Positions 52,526 to 61,931 of a stretch of DNA of 64,000 bases are shown piece by piece. Source of the stretch: Longimicrobiales bacterium (GTDB lineage Bacteria; Gemmatimonadota; Gemmatimonadetes; Longimicrobiales; Gaopeijiaceae); contig OZ242008.1 in the NCBI GenBank assembly GCA_965204735.1, positions 3,232,001-3,296,000 on the forward strand. The letters run 5' to 3'. A model generated the notes under the pieces. That model saw nothing but the letters and a program-made list of their open reading frames with translations, was not told the origin of the DNA and did no database searches. Numbering within the stretch: the first letter of the stretch is position 1; every line of letters begins with the position of its first letter. A program made the translations under genes and the position numbers.

Positions 52526-53178
52526 GCCGCCCTCCCGTCGTGCTGGTGGGCGCCGGCGACCTGGGCGTCGACGCCCTCTCGGTCCACGAAGCCCTTCTCG
52601 CGGCCCCTTCCGGCGCCGACGCCGCCTCGGCCCCGCGCCTGGCCGGCTTCGTGGACGACTCCCCCGCCCTTCGGGGCCGCTCCGTCCAGGGGTTCCCCGT
52701 CCTGGGCGCCGTCGCATGGCTGGAGGGCCGAACGCGCGAGTTCCAGGCGCTGGTGGCCGTGGGGGACCCGGCGGTCCGCGCCGCCCTGCGCCGGCGCCTC
52801 CAGGGCGTCGGCGCGACTTTCGCCACCTGGGTCCACCCGGGCGCGGTGCGCACGCGCAGCGTCTCGTTCGGCGGCGGGTGCCTGGTCATGGGCGCCACCT
52901 CCTTCACCGTGGACGTGGAGGTGGGCCGCAACGTCGTGGTGAATCCGGGCGCCACGATCGCCCACCACGCGCGCATCGGCGACGACTCGGTGATCTGCCC
53001 GGGCGTGCACATGGCCGGAAGGGTCGTCGTCGAGCCCCGCGCGTTCCTCGGAACGGGCGCCGCAGTGGCGCCCGGCTGCCGGGTCGGGGCCGACGCCGTG
53101 GTCGGGGCGGGAGCGGTCGTCCTGGACGACGTTCCTCCGGGGGCGCGCGTCGCCGGCGTCCCTGCCAAGGCCCTTTAG
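52522..53178 (+). CDS. NeuD/PglD-family hexapeptide-repeat sugar acetyltransferase
   Basis: LVGAG, GFVDD, VAVGDP..R, VHP, IAHH, hexapeptide repeats, VAGVPAK. Confidence 0.9.
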   Translation: MSRPPVVLVGAGDLGVDALSVHEALLAAPSGADAASAPRLAGFVDDSPALRGRSVQGFPVLGAVAWLEGRTREFQALVAVGDPAVRAALRRRLQGVGATFATWVHPGAVRTRSVSFGGGCLVMGATSFTVDVEVGRNVVVNPGATIAHHARIGDDSVICPGVHMAGRVVVEPRAFLGTGAAVAPGCRVGADAVVGAGAVVLDDVPPGARVAGVPAKAL

Positions 53179-53200
53179 CAGACGCTATATTGCAGGCAAC

Positions 53201-54283
53201 ATGACCGGCTCCGATCCCCGTCTCCCGCCCTCCCCGCCTCTTCTTGCCGACCACCGGGTTCTCGTCACCGGCGGCGGCGGCTTCATCGGCTCGGCGCTGG
53301 CGGAGCGCCTGGTCCACGCGAACCACGTCACTCTCTACGACCAGTCCTTCCGCAGCAACGCCATCGCCCTGAGCCGGGCGTGGAACCATCCCTCGCTGCG
53401 CTTGGTGAAGGGTTCGGTCCTCGACGAGCGGCGCCTGGCCGAAGCGGCCCGGGACCACGACGTCGTCGTCCACTTGGCGGCGGTCGTCGGGGTCGACCAG
53501 GTCCGCGCCAGAGGACTCGACACGATCGAGACCAACTTCACCGGCACCCGCAACTTGCTTCGGGCACTGGACGGCCACGACGGCCTGCACCGCTTCGTCT
53601 ACTTCTCGACCTCCGAGGTCATCGGAATCAACGCCTTTCGCGCCGGCGAGGAGTCCCCCGCCACGATCGGTCCCGTGGGCGAGGCGCGCTGGACCTACTC
53701 CATCGCCAAGCTGGCCGGCGAGCACTTGGTCTACTGCTACCACCGGGAACGGCAGCTGCCCACGGTCACGATCAGGCCCTTCAACGTCTTCGGACGCCTC
53801 CGGCTGGGCGACCACGCCATGCTCCGCTTCATCACCGCCGCCCAGCGGGGCGACCCCTTGAAGGTGAACGGCGACGGCACCCAGATCCGTTCCTGGTGCT
53901 ACATCGACGACTTCGTGGACGCCCTCCTGCGCGCCCTTCAGCACCCGGCCGCCGTCGGCCAGACGTTCAACATCGGCAACCCCCGCAACACCCTCACCAT
54001 CTACGACCTGGCCCAGCGCATCGTCTCCCTGCTGGGCTCCAGCTCCGAGATCGTCTTCCGCAACATCGACTTCTCGGACATCGACGTGCGCGTCCCCCGC
54101 ATGACCAAGGCGCTGGATCTGCTGGGCTTCCAGCCCCGCGTCGAGCTTGCCGAAGCCATCCTGGCCACGGCCGAGTGGTACGCCGACCACCAGCCCGCCG
54201 ACCAACCCTCCGCCGGCCACCAGCCCGCCGACCACCAGCCCAGACCCGACCGCCCGCCCCCTCGATCCCGACCCGCCGGCTGA
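53201..54283 (+). CDS. NAD-dependent nucleotide-sugar epimerase/dehydratase/decarboxylase (extended SDR)
   Basis: VTGGGGFIG, HLAAVVGV, STSEV, RWTYSIAK, RPFNVFG, QIRSWCYIDD. Confidence 0.9.
   Translation: MTGSDPRLPPSPPLLADHRVLVTGGGGFIGSALAERLVHANHVTLYDQSFRSNAIALSRAWNHPSLRLVKGSVLDERRLAEAARDHDVVVHLAAVVGVDQVRARGLDTIETNFTGTRNLLRALDGHDGLHRFVYFSTSEVIGINAFRAGEESPATIGPVGEARWTYSIAKLAGEHLVYCYHRERQLPTVTIRPFNVFGRLRLGDHAMLRFITAAQRGDPLKVNGDGTQIRSWCYIDDFVDALLRALQHPAAVGQTFNIGNPRNTLTIYDLAQRIVSLLGSSSEIVFRNIDFSDIDVRVPRMTKALDLLGFQPRVELAEAILATAEWYADHQPADQPSAGHQPADHQPRPDRPPPRSRPAG
54181..54241. repeat. 15-nt tandem repeat at the SDR gene 3' end
   Basis: Encodes ADHQP ADQPS AGHQP ADHQP. Confidence 0.85.
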
Positions 54284-56115
54284 TGCTCGCAGCCCTCGGG
54301 TTCGCCGGAGTCGCGGCAGTCGCGGGCTATTTCCTCACTCACGCGGCCGCTCGGGCGCTGCCCCGCCTGGGCCTCCTCTCCAAGCCGGACCCGAACCACC
54401 CGGCCGCCGTGCCCTTGGGGGGCGGAGTCGTGCTCTGGGCCGTCGCCCTCCTGGCGTTCGTGGCGATCGGCGCCCTCGGCTACCCTCCGGCGCCGCTGGC
54501 CAACGTCTTCGCCGGCGCGACATGCCTCTTCGTCGCGGGTCTCTGGGACGACGCCCGCCCGCTGGCGCCCCGAACCAAGCTGCTGGCCCAGCTGGCGGCC
54601 GCGACCCTCGTGATCGTCTCGGGCGCGACCTTTCCGCTGGGACCCGGCCTGGAGTGGCTGGCGGTTCCGCTGACCCTCCTCTGGTTCGTCGGGCTGTGCA
54701 ACGCCTTCAACCTGATCGACAACATGGACGGCATGCTCCCGGGAGTCGCCGCCGCCGCCGCCGTGTTCGTCGGATTCTTCGCCTTCGCGACGGACCGGAC
54801 CGGGACCGGGCTCTTCGCCTGGGCCGTGGCCGGCGGCTGCCTGGGGTTCCTTCGCCACAACCTTCCCCCGGCCAGAATTCTCCTGGGAGACTCGGGCTCC
54901 ATGTTCCTGGGCTTCCTCCTGGCGGGCTTGGCCATAGGGGACTCTTGGCGGGGAATGACCCATGTGGGACTGACGGTCCTGGCGCCCGCCATGCTGCTGG
55001 CGGTGCCGATCTTCAACGCCACCTTCGTCACGGTCACGCGGAAGCTTCGGGGCGTCCCGGTGAGCCGGGGGAAGGCGGACCACATCAACTACCGCCTTCT
55101 CGCCCACGGCCTCTCCCACGGTCGCGCGCTGGCGACCGTCTACGCCCTCTCCGTGGTCGCCGGCGCCTTGGGCCTCATGGCGATCGCCGTCGCTCCCCTC
55201 GCCTACGCCGCCGGCGCCGCCCTCTTCCTGGTCGTCCTCTTCTACGTCGGCGCCTTCCTCTACGACGGCCACGTCCAGGAGCGCTTCCGGGGGTTCGTGG
55301 TCAAGCCCTCCCGCCAGGGGTGGGAACACTCCCCCTGGTACCGGTGGGTGATGCTCTTCGGCGCGGTCTCCGGAGACGTGCTCCTCGTCTTCGCGGCGCT
55401 CTACCTGGCCTTCCACCTCCGCTTCGACGGACTGGTCCCCGCCGACCAGCTCCAGAACATGGCCGCGGTCCTCCCGTACCTCATCCTCTTCCGGGTGGGA
55501 CTGGCTCTTCTGAAGGGCATCTACGACACGCGATGGCGGCTGGCGTCCACCCCCGACACCTTCCGCCTGGCCGGGACCGTGCTCCTCGGGTCCCTCCTCT
55601 TCGCGACCCTCGTGCTGGTCCTGCGCCTGCCTTCGTTTCCTCGCACCGTCGTCTTCATCGAAGGGATGCTCACGCTGCTCTTCGTCGCCGGCACTCGCTT
55701 GGGCGTGCGCCGACTGGGCGAAGTGACGGCCCGCGAGCGCGAAGCCAGAGAGGGCAAGCGCACGATCGTCGCCGGCTCCTCGGAGGGGCTGCTCTCCGCC
55801 TACCGGGAGATCAGGGCTCGCGACGGGGAGTACCACGTCGTCGGCTTCGTCGAGGCGGGCTCGGGGGTCGCGATGGGACGCGTGCAGGGCGTGCCCGTCC
55901 TTGGCCCGATCTCCAAGCTGGCGGCGCTGGCCCGGCTGGCGCGGGCCGAGCACATCGTCCTGGCGCACCCCAAGGGGTCCGGCGCCGAGGTGGACGCCCA
56001 CCTGCGCGTGGCGCTCGCGGCGGGCCTCACCGCCGAGGTCGTGAAGCTGGAGATCGTCGCCGGCGCCACCTGGCTCGCGCGCCGGAACCGGGTCGCAGGC
56101 GGCAGAACCGCCTAG
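54283..56115 (+). CDS. WecA/MraY-family initiating sugar-1-phosphate transferase fused to a PglF/CapD-like N-terminal membrane + Rossmann module
   Basis: PLGGG, GLWDD, NAFNLIDNMDG, NLPPARILLGDSGS, DHINYRL; then D..L...ALYLAFHLRF, GIY...WR, FPRTVVFIE, TIVAGS, VVGFVE, GVPVLG. Confidence 0.82.
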   Translation: MLAALGFAGVAAVAGYFLTHAAARALPRLGLLSKPDPNHPAAVPLGGGVVLWAVALLAFVAIGALGYPPAPLANVFAGATCLFVAGLWDDARPLAPRTKLLAQLAAATLVIVSGATFPLGPGLEWLAVPLTLLWFVGLCNAFNLIDNMDGMLPGVAAAAAVFVGFFAFATDRTGTGLFAWAVAGGCLGFLRHNLPPARILLGDSGSMFLGFLLAGLAIGDSWRGMTHVGLTVLAPAMLLAVPIFNATFVTVTRKLRGVPVSRGKADHINYRLLAHGLSHGRALATVYALSVVAGALGLMAIAVAPLAYAAGAALFLVVLFYVGAFLYDGHVQERFRGFVVKPSRQGWEHSPWYRWVMLFGAVSGDVLLVFAALYLAFHLRFDGLVPADQLQNMAAVLPYLILFRVGLALLKGIYDTRWRLASTPDTFRLAGTVLLGSLLFATLVLVLRLPSFPRTVVFIEGMLTLLFVAGTRLGVRRLGEVTAREREAREGKRTIVAGSSEGLLSAYREIRARDGEYHVVGFVEAGSGVAMGRVQGVPVLGPISKLAALARLARAEHIVLAHPKGSGAEVDAHLRVALAAGLTAEVVKLEIVAGATWLARRNRVAGGRTA

Positions 56116-56133
56116 GGGACCGTCGCCCGCGCG

Positions 56134-57696
56134 ATGCGCGCCACCCACGGCATGGGCGCCTTGGGGACGGGGACCGTCGTCGCCGCCGTCCTGGGCCTGG
56201 CGCTTCAGTCCCTGATCGGCTTCCTCTTCGGCGCCGGCGCCGAGACCGACGCCTACTTCATGAGCCTGTACGTCGTGGCCTTCCTGGCCAAGGCGTTCAT
56301 GTTCGGTCCTCTCAAGTCGATTGTGCTCCCGGAGTACGCGGGGCTCGGAGTCCGCTCGGACGAAGGCGGGCTGCTGCTGGCGGCGGTTCGGCGCCGACTC
56401 GGCTGGGCTGCGCTGCTGGTCGCGGCCGCGGCGGCTGCGAGCGCCCCCTGGCTGGTGGACGCCTTCGCCCCCGGCTACCACGGCGAGCAGCGCGCGCTGA
56501 CCGTCGCCCTCCTGCGCATCCGAGCGCCCGCGCTGGCGTTCCTGGCCCTGACCGTCACCGCCCTGGCGGCGCTGGAGGCGACGGGTCGCTTCGGCCGGGT
56601 GGCCCTGGGCCGCGCGGTCCTGCCCGCCGCCGGGACCCTCCTCCTCCTGGTCGTCCTGGGCGACCGCTTCGGCATCACGGGCCTCGGCTGGGCGGGAACG
56701 GCAGGCGCCGCGGCGGGCTGCTTCGCCCTGCTGGCCTGGTCCCGCCGGGAGTCCCCGCTTCTTTCGCGTCGCCCTCGCGCCGAGCCTTCGGCCCCTCACC
56801 GCGACGCCGCCCGGCGCGTCTGGAGGCGGTGGGCCGGCATGGGCTGGAGCAACGCCGCCACCATCGGCGGCGAGTGGGTGTATCGGATCGCCGCGTCCAC
56901 CTTGGGCCCGGGGCTCTTCACCGCCGTGGTCTTCGGCCGCATGGTCCACGACCTCCTTCACGGCGCCCTCAACGACTCGGCGTCCACCGTGGCACTCGCC
57001 CGCTTCTCCCGCGACCGCGCCGCTCGCCGCAGCCCCGCCGCCGCCCTCGCTTCCTCGCTGCAAGGCATCTCCGCCGCCGCGCTTCCGGCGGCCGTCTTCG
57101 TGGCGATCATGTCGCCCTGGATCGCCGCCCTCCTCTTCGGTCGAGGCCAGCTGGCCCGCGACGGCATGCTCGGCCCCGTGGCCGCCAGCATGGCCCTCTT
57201 CATGGCGGGCGTGGTGGTGCAGGGCCGGAACCAGCTGGCGTTTCAAGCGGCTTTCGCGACGGGGCGCTCCGCTCTGGTGAACCGGGTGCAGGTGGTGGGC
57301 CACGCCTTCCGCGCCGTCGCGCTGCTCCCGGCGGCATGGCTCTGGTCGTTCGTCGGAGTGGTGGCCGCCCAGGTCGCGATGAATGTGGTGGTCGCGATCG
57401 CGTTCTGGCGTGCCGCGCCGGCGGAACTCGCACCCAACGGCCGTCGTGCCGCCGCCGTCGGGGGGCTGGGCCGCCCCGTGGCCGCCGTCGCCGCTCCGTC
57501 GCTCCTCCTCCTGCTGGCGGTCGCGGCGCTCCCCGACCCCTTCCACGCCGGCGAGCTCCTCCGCCTGGGCGTGGTGTCGGCCGCCGCCGTCGCGTGGTGC
57601 GTCGCGGTCCTGACGACCGGCGCCTTCCTCCGCGTCCCCCTTCACGCCGACTTGGCCCGCCGCCTGCGGAAGCGCTTGGCAAGCCGTCGCCAGTAG
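56134..57696 (+). CDS. MOP-superfamily flippase (MurJ/MviN-like), probable repeat-unit flippase
   Basis: FGAGAETDAYF, FAPG, LFGRG; about 12-14 hydrophobic segments. Confidence 0.82.
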   Translation: MRATHGMGALGTGTVVAAVLGLALQSLIGFLFGAGAETDAYFMSLYVVAFLAKAFMFGPLKSIVLPEYAGLGVRSDEGGLLLAAVRRRLGWAALLVAAAAAASAPWLVDAFAPGYHGEQRALTVALLRIRAPALAFLALTVTALAALEATGRFGRVALGRAVLPAAGTLLLLVVLGDRFGITGLGWAGTAGAAAGCFALLAWSRRESPLLSRRPRAEPSAPHRDAARRVWRRWAGMGWSNAATIGGEWVYRIAASTLGPGLFTAVVFGRMVHDLLHGALNDSASTVALARFSRDRAARRSPAAALASSLQGISAAALPAAVFVAIMSPWIAALLFGRGQLARDGMLGPVAASMALFMAGVVVQGRNQLAFQAAFATGRSALVNRVQVVGHAFRAVALLPAAWLWSFVGVVAAQVAMNVVVAIAFWRAAPAELAPNGRRAAAVGGLGRPVAAVAAPSLLLLLAVAALPDPFHAGELLRLGVVSAAAVAWCVAVLTTGAFLRVPLHADLARRLRKRLASRRQ

Positions 57697-57888
57697 CGGC
57701 TCCTCTCGGGCGCCAGTACCGGCGGACGCCGGAGCAGAACCCCGGAGCCCTGTGGCCAACCGGTTGTCCCGGAATTGCCGGGGTCGCTGGCCGGACTGAT
57801 GTCTTGTCTTGTATGCTTCTGTTCGACTCGCCGGAGCCTGGAGCCGATGGGCACCCCAAAGGCGACGCCGCAAGCAAGGAGGACGCGC

Positions 57889-58212
57889 GTGTCCAAGCGG
57901 TGGCAGCTCTTGTCGATCCTCGTCTTTCTGGTCGCTGGATCGGCGGTTGTCTACGCATGCACGCCGACCAATCCACCTCCCGTGGAGCGGAAGGCCGTCC
58001 CCCCGGAGGGGAGAGCGCCGACCCTGGAGGAACGGGAGCTGGCTCGTTCCCTGTTGCCCGAGATTCGGCGGCAGTGGGAGGAAAACCCTCCCATCAAGGG
58101 CGCAACCGCCGAAGACATGGACGCCTTCTTCGAGCTCATGCGGAGAATGACCCTCGAACCGTCCGGCAAGGTGTGGGTGGACCCGAAGGAGCTCTACAAA
58201 CCCCGGCCTTAG
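57889..58212 (+). CDS. Hypothetical small lipoprotein (107 aa)
   Basis: AAGGAGGA just upstream of GTG 57889; SKRW, hydrophobic core, VYAC lipobox-like motif. Confidence 0.6.
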   Translation: MSKRWQLLSILVFLVAGSAVVYACTPTNPPPVERKAVPPEGRAPTLEERELARSLLPEIRRQWEENPPIKGATAEDMDAFFELMRRMTLEPSGKVWVDPKELYKPRP

Positions 58213-58216
58213 GCCC

Positions 58217-58244
58217 GGGGCGACGCTGTCGGGGACGTCGCCCC
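58217..58244 (+). terminator. GC-rich hairpin after the lipoprotein gene, possible terminator or stability element
   Basis: ggggcgacg ... cgtcgcccc 9-bp inverted repeat; no U-tract. Confidence 0.35.
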
Positions 58245-58436
58245 CCATCCACAGGCGCACGATCAGAACAGCATCGGCAAAGGCTTGTTGAGGGTGCGCC
58301 ACAAGCTGCAGTTGCATGCATCATACCTGGGAAGCCGCTTAGGCGGGTTGCCGAAGGCGACGGCGTCTTTGATCACGAGACGCGGGGCTCGACGCCGGCC
58401 GGCACCAGGACCTGATGGAAGAGGAGGCCTAAGGGC

Positions 58437-58772
58437 ATGGACGAGGTGAAGGTCGCGGTGGCCGGGCTGGTCAAGGCCGCGCGCTTCATGGCGCGGTGCA
58501 TGATGCTCAGGGACGCGACGGACGTCGACGGCGCCCGGCGCGCGCTCGAGGCGAGCGAGCGAGCGCTGCTCGACCTCTACGACGGGGACGTGGTGGACGA
58601 GGATGCGACGGCGGCGCTGGTCGAGGCGGCGGGCGTCCTCGAGAAGCGAGTGGTCGTTCGGGAGTACGGGCTGGCCTGGCCCGGCTTCGAGGACGTCGAC
58701 GGCGCCCGGCGCACGCTTGAGGCGAGCGAGCGAGCGCTGCTCGACCTCTACGAGCAGGCGGCGGCCGGATGA
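58437..58772 (+). CDS. Hypothetical helical protein with an internal duplication
   Basis: GAGGAGG upstream; DVDGARR(A/T)LEASERALLDLY occurs twice. Confidence 0.5.
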   Translation: MDEVKVAVAGLVKAARFMARCMMLRDATDVDGARRALEASERALLDLYDGDVVDEDATAALVEAAGVLEKRVVVREYGLAWPGFEDVDGARRTLEASERALLDLYEQAAAG

Positions 58773-58952
58773 CGGTCGCCTATGGTCCGAGGTCCCACGC
58801 GGTCTTCGTGTCCGGCGAGCCGATCGGCGCCGCGGACGCCCCATAGCACGGCCGGCGCCCGTAGACGAAGACGCTTCGGCCCTCTCGTCCAGATCGTCGG
58901 TTTCCGATAGATTTCCGACAGCGGACCGTCATCCCACCGGACCCAGGAGCAG

Positions 58953-59942
58953 ATGCCCGACGACAGCCGGAAAGTCCTCGTCACCGGCGGCGCCGGCTTC
59001 ATCGGGAGCCATGTCGCCGAAGCGCACTTGAGCCGGGGCGACCAAGTCTGGATCGTGGACGACCTGTCGTCGGGACGGATCGAGAACGTCCCCGCCGACG
59101 CGACCTTTCTCCAGGCCGACATCGGAAGCCAGGAGGCGGCTCGCCTGATCCGCCGCGAACGCTTCGAGGTGATCAACCACCAAGCGGCCCAGATCGACGT
59201 GCGCATCTCGGTGGCGGACCCTGCGCGGGACGCCCGCGTCAACGTCCTCGGGCTCATCAACGTCCTGGAAGCGGCGTGCAGGGCCGGCACCAGGCGTGTC
59301 GTCTTCGCTTCCAGCGGGGGCGTGGTGTACGGCGAGCCGGAAGAGCTCCCCACGCCGGAAACGGCGCCGAAGAGCGCCATGTCGCCCTACGGAGTCACCA
59401 AGCTGGCCGGCGAGTGGTACCTCGACTACTACCGCCAGGTCCACGGGCTGGAGTACGCGGCCCTTCGCTACGGAAACGTCTACGGCCCCCGCCAGGATCC
59501 CCACGGAGAAGCCGGCGTGGTGGCGATCTTCTCGTTGGCGCTCCTGGCGGGTGAACCGCTCCTCGTCTACGGCGACGGCGAGCAGACTCGCGACTACGTC
59601 TTCGTCGGCGACGTGGCCCGGGCCAACCTGATCGCGGCCGAGACGCCCCTTTCCACCGCCCAGGGCATCGACTCCCGCGCGTTCAACGTGGGGACGGAGG
59701 CGGGCGCCAGCGTGAACGCCCTGGCCGACGCCCTGCACAGCATCGCAGGCGCGCCCGACCGCCGTCGCCCCCGGGACGCCCGCCCCGGCGAGATCAAGCG
59801 TTCGACGCTGGCCACGTCCAAGCTCCGGAGCCTGGGATGGTCGCCCACCATCGGCTTGGACGAAGGGCTCCACCGGACCTTCCGCCACCTCAAGGCGGCA
59901 CAGGCCCCGTCGCCCCGGCCAACGGCGTCGGCGCCGCCATGA
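58953..59942 (+). CDS. UDP-glucose 4-epimerase-like SDR
   Basis: VTGGAGFIG, DDLSSG, HQAAQIDVRIS, SSGGVVYG, YGVTK, NVYGPRQDPHGEAGVVAIF. Confidence 0.9.
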   Translation: MPDDSRKVLVTGGAGFIGSHVAEAHLSRGDQVWIVDDLSSGRIENVPADATFLQADIGSQEAARLIRRERFEVINHQAAQIDVRISVADPARDARVNVLGLINVLEAACRAGTRRVVFASSGGVVYGEPEELPTPETAPKSAMSPYGVTKLAGEWYLDYYRQVHGLEYAALRYGNVYGPRQDPHGEAGVVAIFSLALLAGEPLLVYGDGEQTRDYVFVGDVARANLIAAETPLSTAQGIDSRAFNVGTEAGASVNALADALHSIAGAPDRRRPRDARPGEIKRSTLATSKLRSLGWSPTIGLDEGLHRTFRHLKAAQAPSPRPTASAPP

Positions 59943-60706
59943 CCTACCCTTCGGCGTTCGCCCTCGCCTTCGCCGCCTCCGCCAGCGCGCGCCTGGCCGT
60001 CCCGCAGGACGCGCCGGAGGGAATGCTGGACATGGTCGCCGACGCCAGCCTCCCCACCTTGGGGGTGCTGACCGTCCTGGGACTCTTCTCGATCGCGTCG
60101 CTTTGGGTGATCCTGGCCAAGGTGCGCCACTACCGCGCCGTCCGCCGCCACGGCGACCGCTTTCTCGACGAGATGGAGCGCGCGGCCAGCTTGGAGGACG
60201 CCCGGCAGGCGCTGGCGGTCCTCCCCGAGTCCCCGTACACCCGCCTCTTCCGCAGCGGCCTCGCCTTCGTGCACGAACTCCGCCCGGGCGCGCTCAGAGG
60301 CGCGCAGCAGGGAACCGAGGCGCGGCCCGGCCTCTCCCTCACCCAGCTCGAAGCCCTGCGCATGGTGATGGACAAGGTGGAGGCCGAGGAAGCCGACGAC
60401 CTCTCCCACGGCCTGACTTGGCTGGCGGTGATCGGCTCCGTGTCACCCCTCCTGGGGCTGATGGGCACCGTGATCGGCGTGATGAACACCTTCCTGGGCA
60501 TCCACCAAGCCGGTTCGGCCAACATTCGCGCCGTGGCGCCGGGCGTCGCCGAAGCGCTGATCACAACGGTGGCGGGCCTCGCCGTCGCCATACCGTCGGT
60601 GATCGCCTACAACCACTTCGCGTCGCGCCTCAACCTAGTCATGGGCGAGCTCCAGGGCTTCGCCAGCGAGTTCATCGGGACCCTGGCGAAGGAGCGGCTG
60701 GTATGA
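59939..60706 (+). CDS. tolQ: Tol-Pal proton-channel protein TolQ (MotA/TolQ/ExbB family)
   Basis: SPLLGLMGTVIGVM, VAPGVAEALITT, AIPSVIAYN; upstream of tolR/tolA/tolB/pal. Confidence 0.88.
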   Translation: MTYPSAFALAFAASASARLAVPQDAPEGMLDMVADASLPTLGVLTVLGLFSIASLWVILAKVRHYRAVRRHGDRFLDEMERAASLEDARQALAVLPESPYTRLFRSGLAFVHELRPGALRGAQQGTEARPGLSLTQLEALRMVMDKVEAEEADDLSHGLTWLAVIGSVSPLLGLMGTVIGVMNTFLGIHQAGSANIRAVAPGVAEALITTVAGLAVAIPSVIAYNHFASRLNLVMGELQGFASEFIGTLAKERLV

Positions 60707-60738
60707 CCGCCGGCAGGGCGAAGGCACGGGTCGCGTGA
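60703..60738 (+). CDS. Putative 11-aa bridging mini-ORF (MTAGRAKARVA)
   Basis: ATGA overlap with the tolQ stop and GTGA overlap with the tolR start. Confidence 0.3.
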   Translation: MTAGRAKARVA

Positions 60739-61154
60739 GCAGCCGGCGTCGCCGCGACCGCTCGTTCATGGCGGTTCGAGCCGAGATCAACGTGACCAGC
60801 CTCGTGGACGTGGCGTTCACCCTCCTGGTCATCTTCATCATCACGGCGCCGGTGTTGCAGGGCGGGGTGGACGTGGACCTGCCGGAGGGGAGCGTGGGCG
60901 TCGTGCCGGCGAGCGACGAGATGCTCATCGTCACGATCGACAGGGACGGAACCGTGTACCTGAACGAACAGCCGGTTCCCCGGGACGGTCTCCAGAGCGC
61001 CCTCGGCCAGCTGATCCGCTCGATGTCGGTGCAGATGGTGTACGTGAGGGGCGACACCGCGGCCCGCTACGGGCCCGTCTTCGACGTGATCAGCGGCGCC
61101 GCCGTGCAGGAGGGCGTCGGCGTCAGCCTGATCGGCAGGGAGGTTCCCCGGTGA
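60735..61154 (+). CDS. tolR: TolR (ExbD/TolR family)
   Basis: EINVTSLVDVAFTLLVIFIITAP, VDLP, RGD...YG. Confidence 0.88.
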   Translation: MSSRRRRDRSFMAVRAEINVTSLVDVAFTLLVIFIITAPVLQGGVDVDLPEGSVGVVPASDEMLIVTIDRDGTVYLNEQPVPRDGLQSALGQLIRSMSVQMVYVRGDTAARYGPVFDVISGAAVQEGVGVSLIGREVPR

Positions 61155-61924
61155 CTCTCGATCGGGGTTCCCTGGTCGCCTCCGTTTCCGTCCACGTGCT
61201 GGGGTTCGCCCTGATGCTGGCCGCCTCGATCTTCCGGGAAGACGACATCCTGTACGAGGTCGTCAGCGTCCAGATCTACTCCCCGCCCCCCGAGCCGGCG
61301 CCGCCCGCGGAGGAGCCCGCGCCGCCCGAGCCGGAAGACGAGCTGGTGGTGGAGACTCCGGACCCCGAACCGCCGGCGGAAGAACCGGAGCCCGAGCCCG
61401 AACCGCCCCCCGTGGAGCCCGAGCCGGAGCCTGTGGAACCCGAGCCGGAGCCCGAACCCGAGCCGGAGCCCGAGGAACCGGAAGTCGAGGACCCGCCTGC
61501 CGAGGAACCCCCTCCCGACGCTCCGCCGCCGCCCCCCGACGCGATCCCCTCCGAGGAAGCCGAGACACCGCCGGAGACCGAGGAGCGGGACGAAGCGGAA
61601 GAAGGCGGGCTGGACGTGAACGTCCGGCAAGAGGCGTTCAGCCGCGACTACCCGGAGTACTACGAGAACGTCGTGGTTCAGATGCGGCGGTGCTTCCGCC
61701 CCCCGAGCGAGACCCGCGAGGCCACGGTGAGCTTCTCGATCCGCCGCGACGGCACGACAGCCGAGATCGACATGGCCCGCTCCTCCGGCAGCTTCGTCTT
61801 CGACCTGGCCGCCCAAGAGGCGGCGGAGTGCGTCGGAAAGAGCGGACGCCTCGGCCCGCTGCCGGACGAGTATCCGCTCGAACGGCTCCCGATCCTGTTC
61901 AGGTTCAGCCCCAAGAGAAGGTGA
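61151..61924 (+). CDS. TolA/TonB-like energy transducer
   Basis: N-terminal S-x3-H TM motif (SVSVH), Pro-Glu linker, C-terminal F.I.RDG...SSG...FD domain. Confidence 0.85.
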   Translation: MTLDRGSLVASVSVHVLGFALMLAASIFREDDILYEVVSVQIYSPPPEPAPPAEEPAPPEPEDELVVETPDPEPPAEEPEPEPEPPPVEPEPEPVEPEPEPEPEPEPEEPEVEDPPAEEPPPDAPPPPPDAIPSEEAETPPETEERDEAEEGGLDVNVRQEAFSRDYPEYYENVVVQMRRCFRPPSETREATVSFSIRRDGTTAEIDMARSSGSFVFDLAAQEAAECVGKSGRLGPLPDEYPLERLPILFRFSPKRR

Positions 61925-61931
61925 GGCGTCG

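Noticed and set aside
61280..61580. Pro-Glu repeat tract as part of the unusual duplication pattern
   Set aside because: An ordinary periplasm-spanning linker of TonB/TolA-type proteins.
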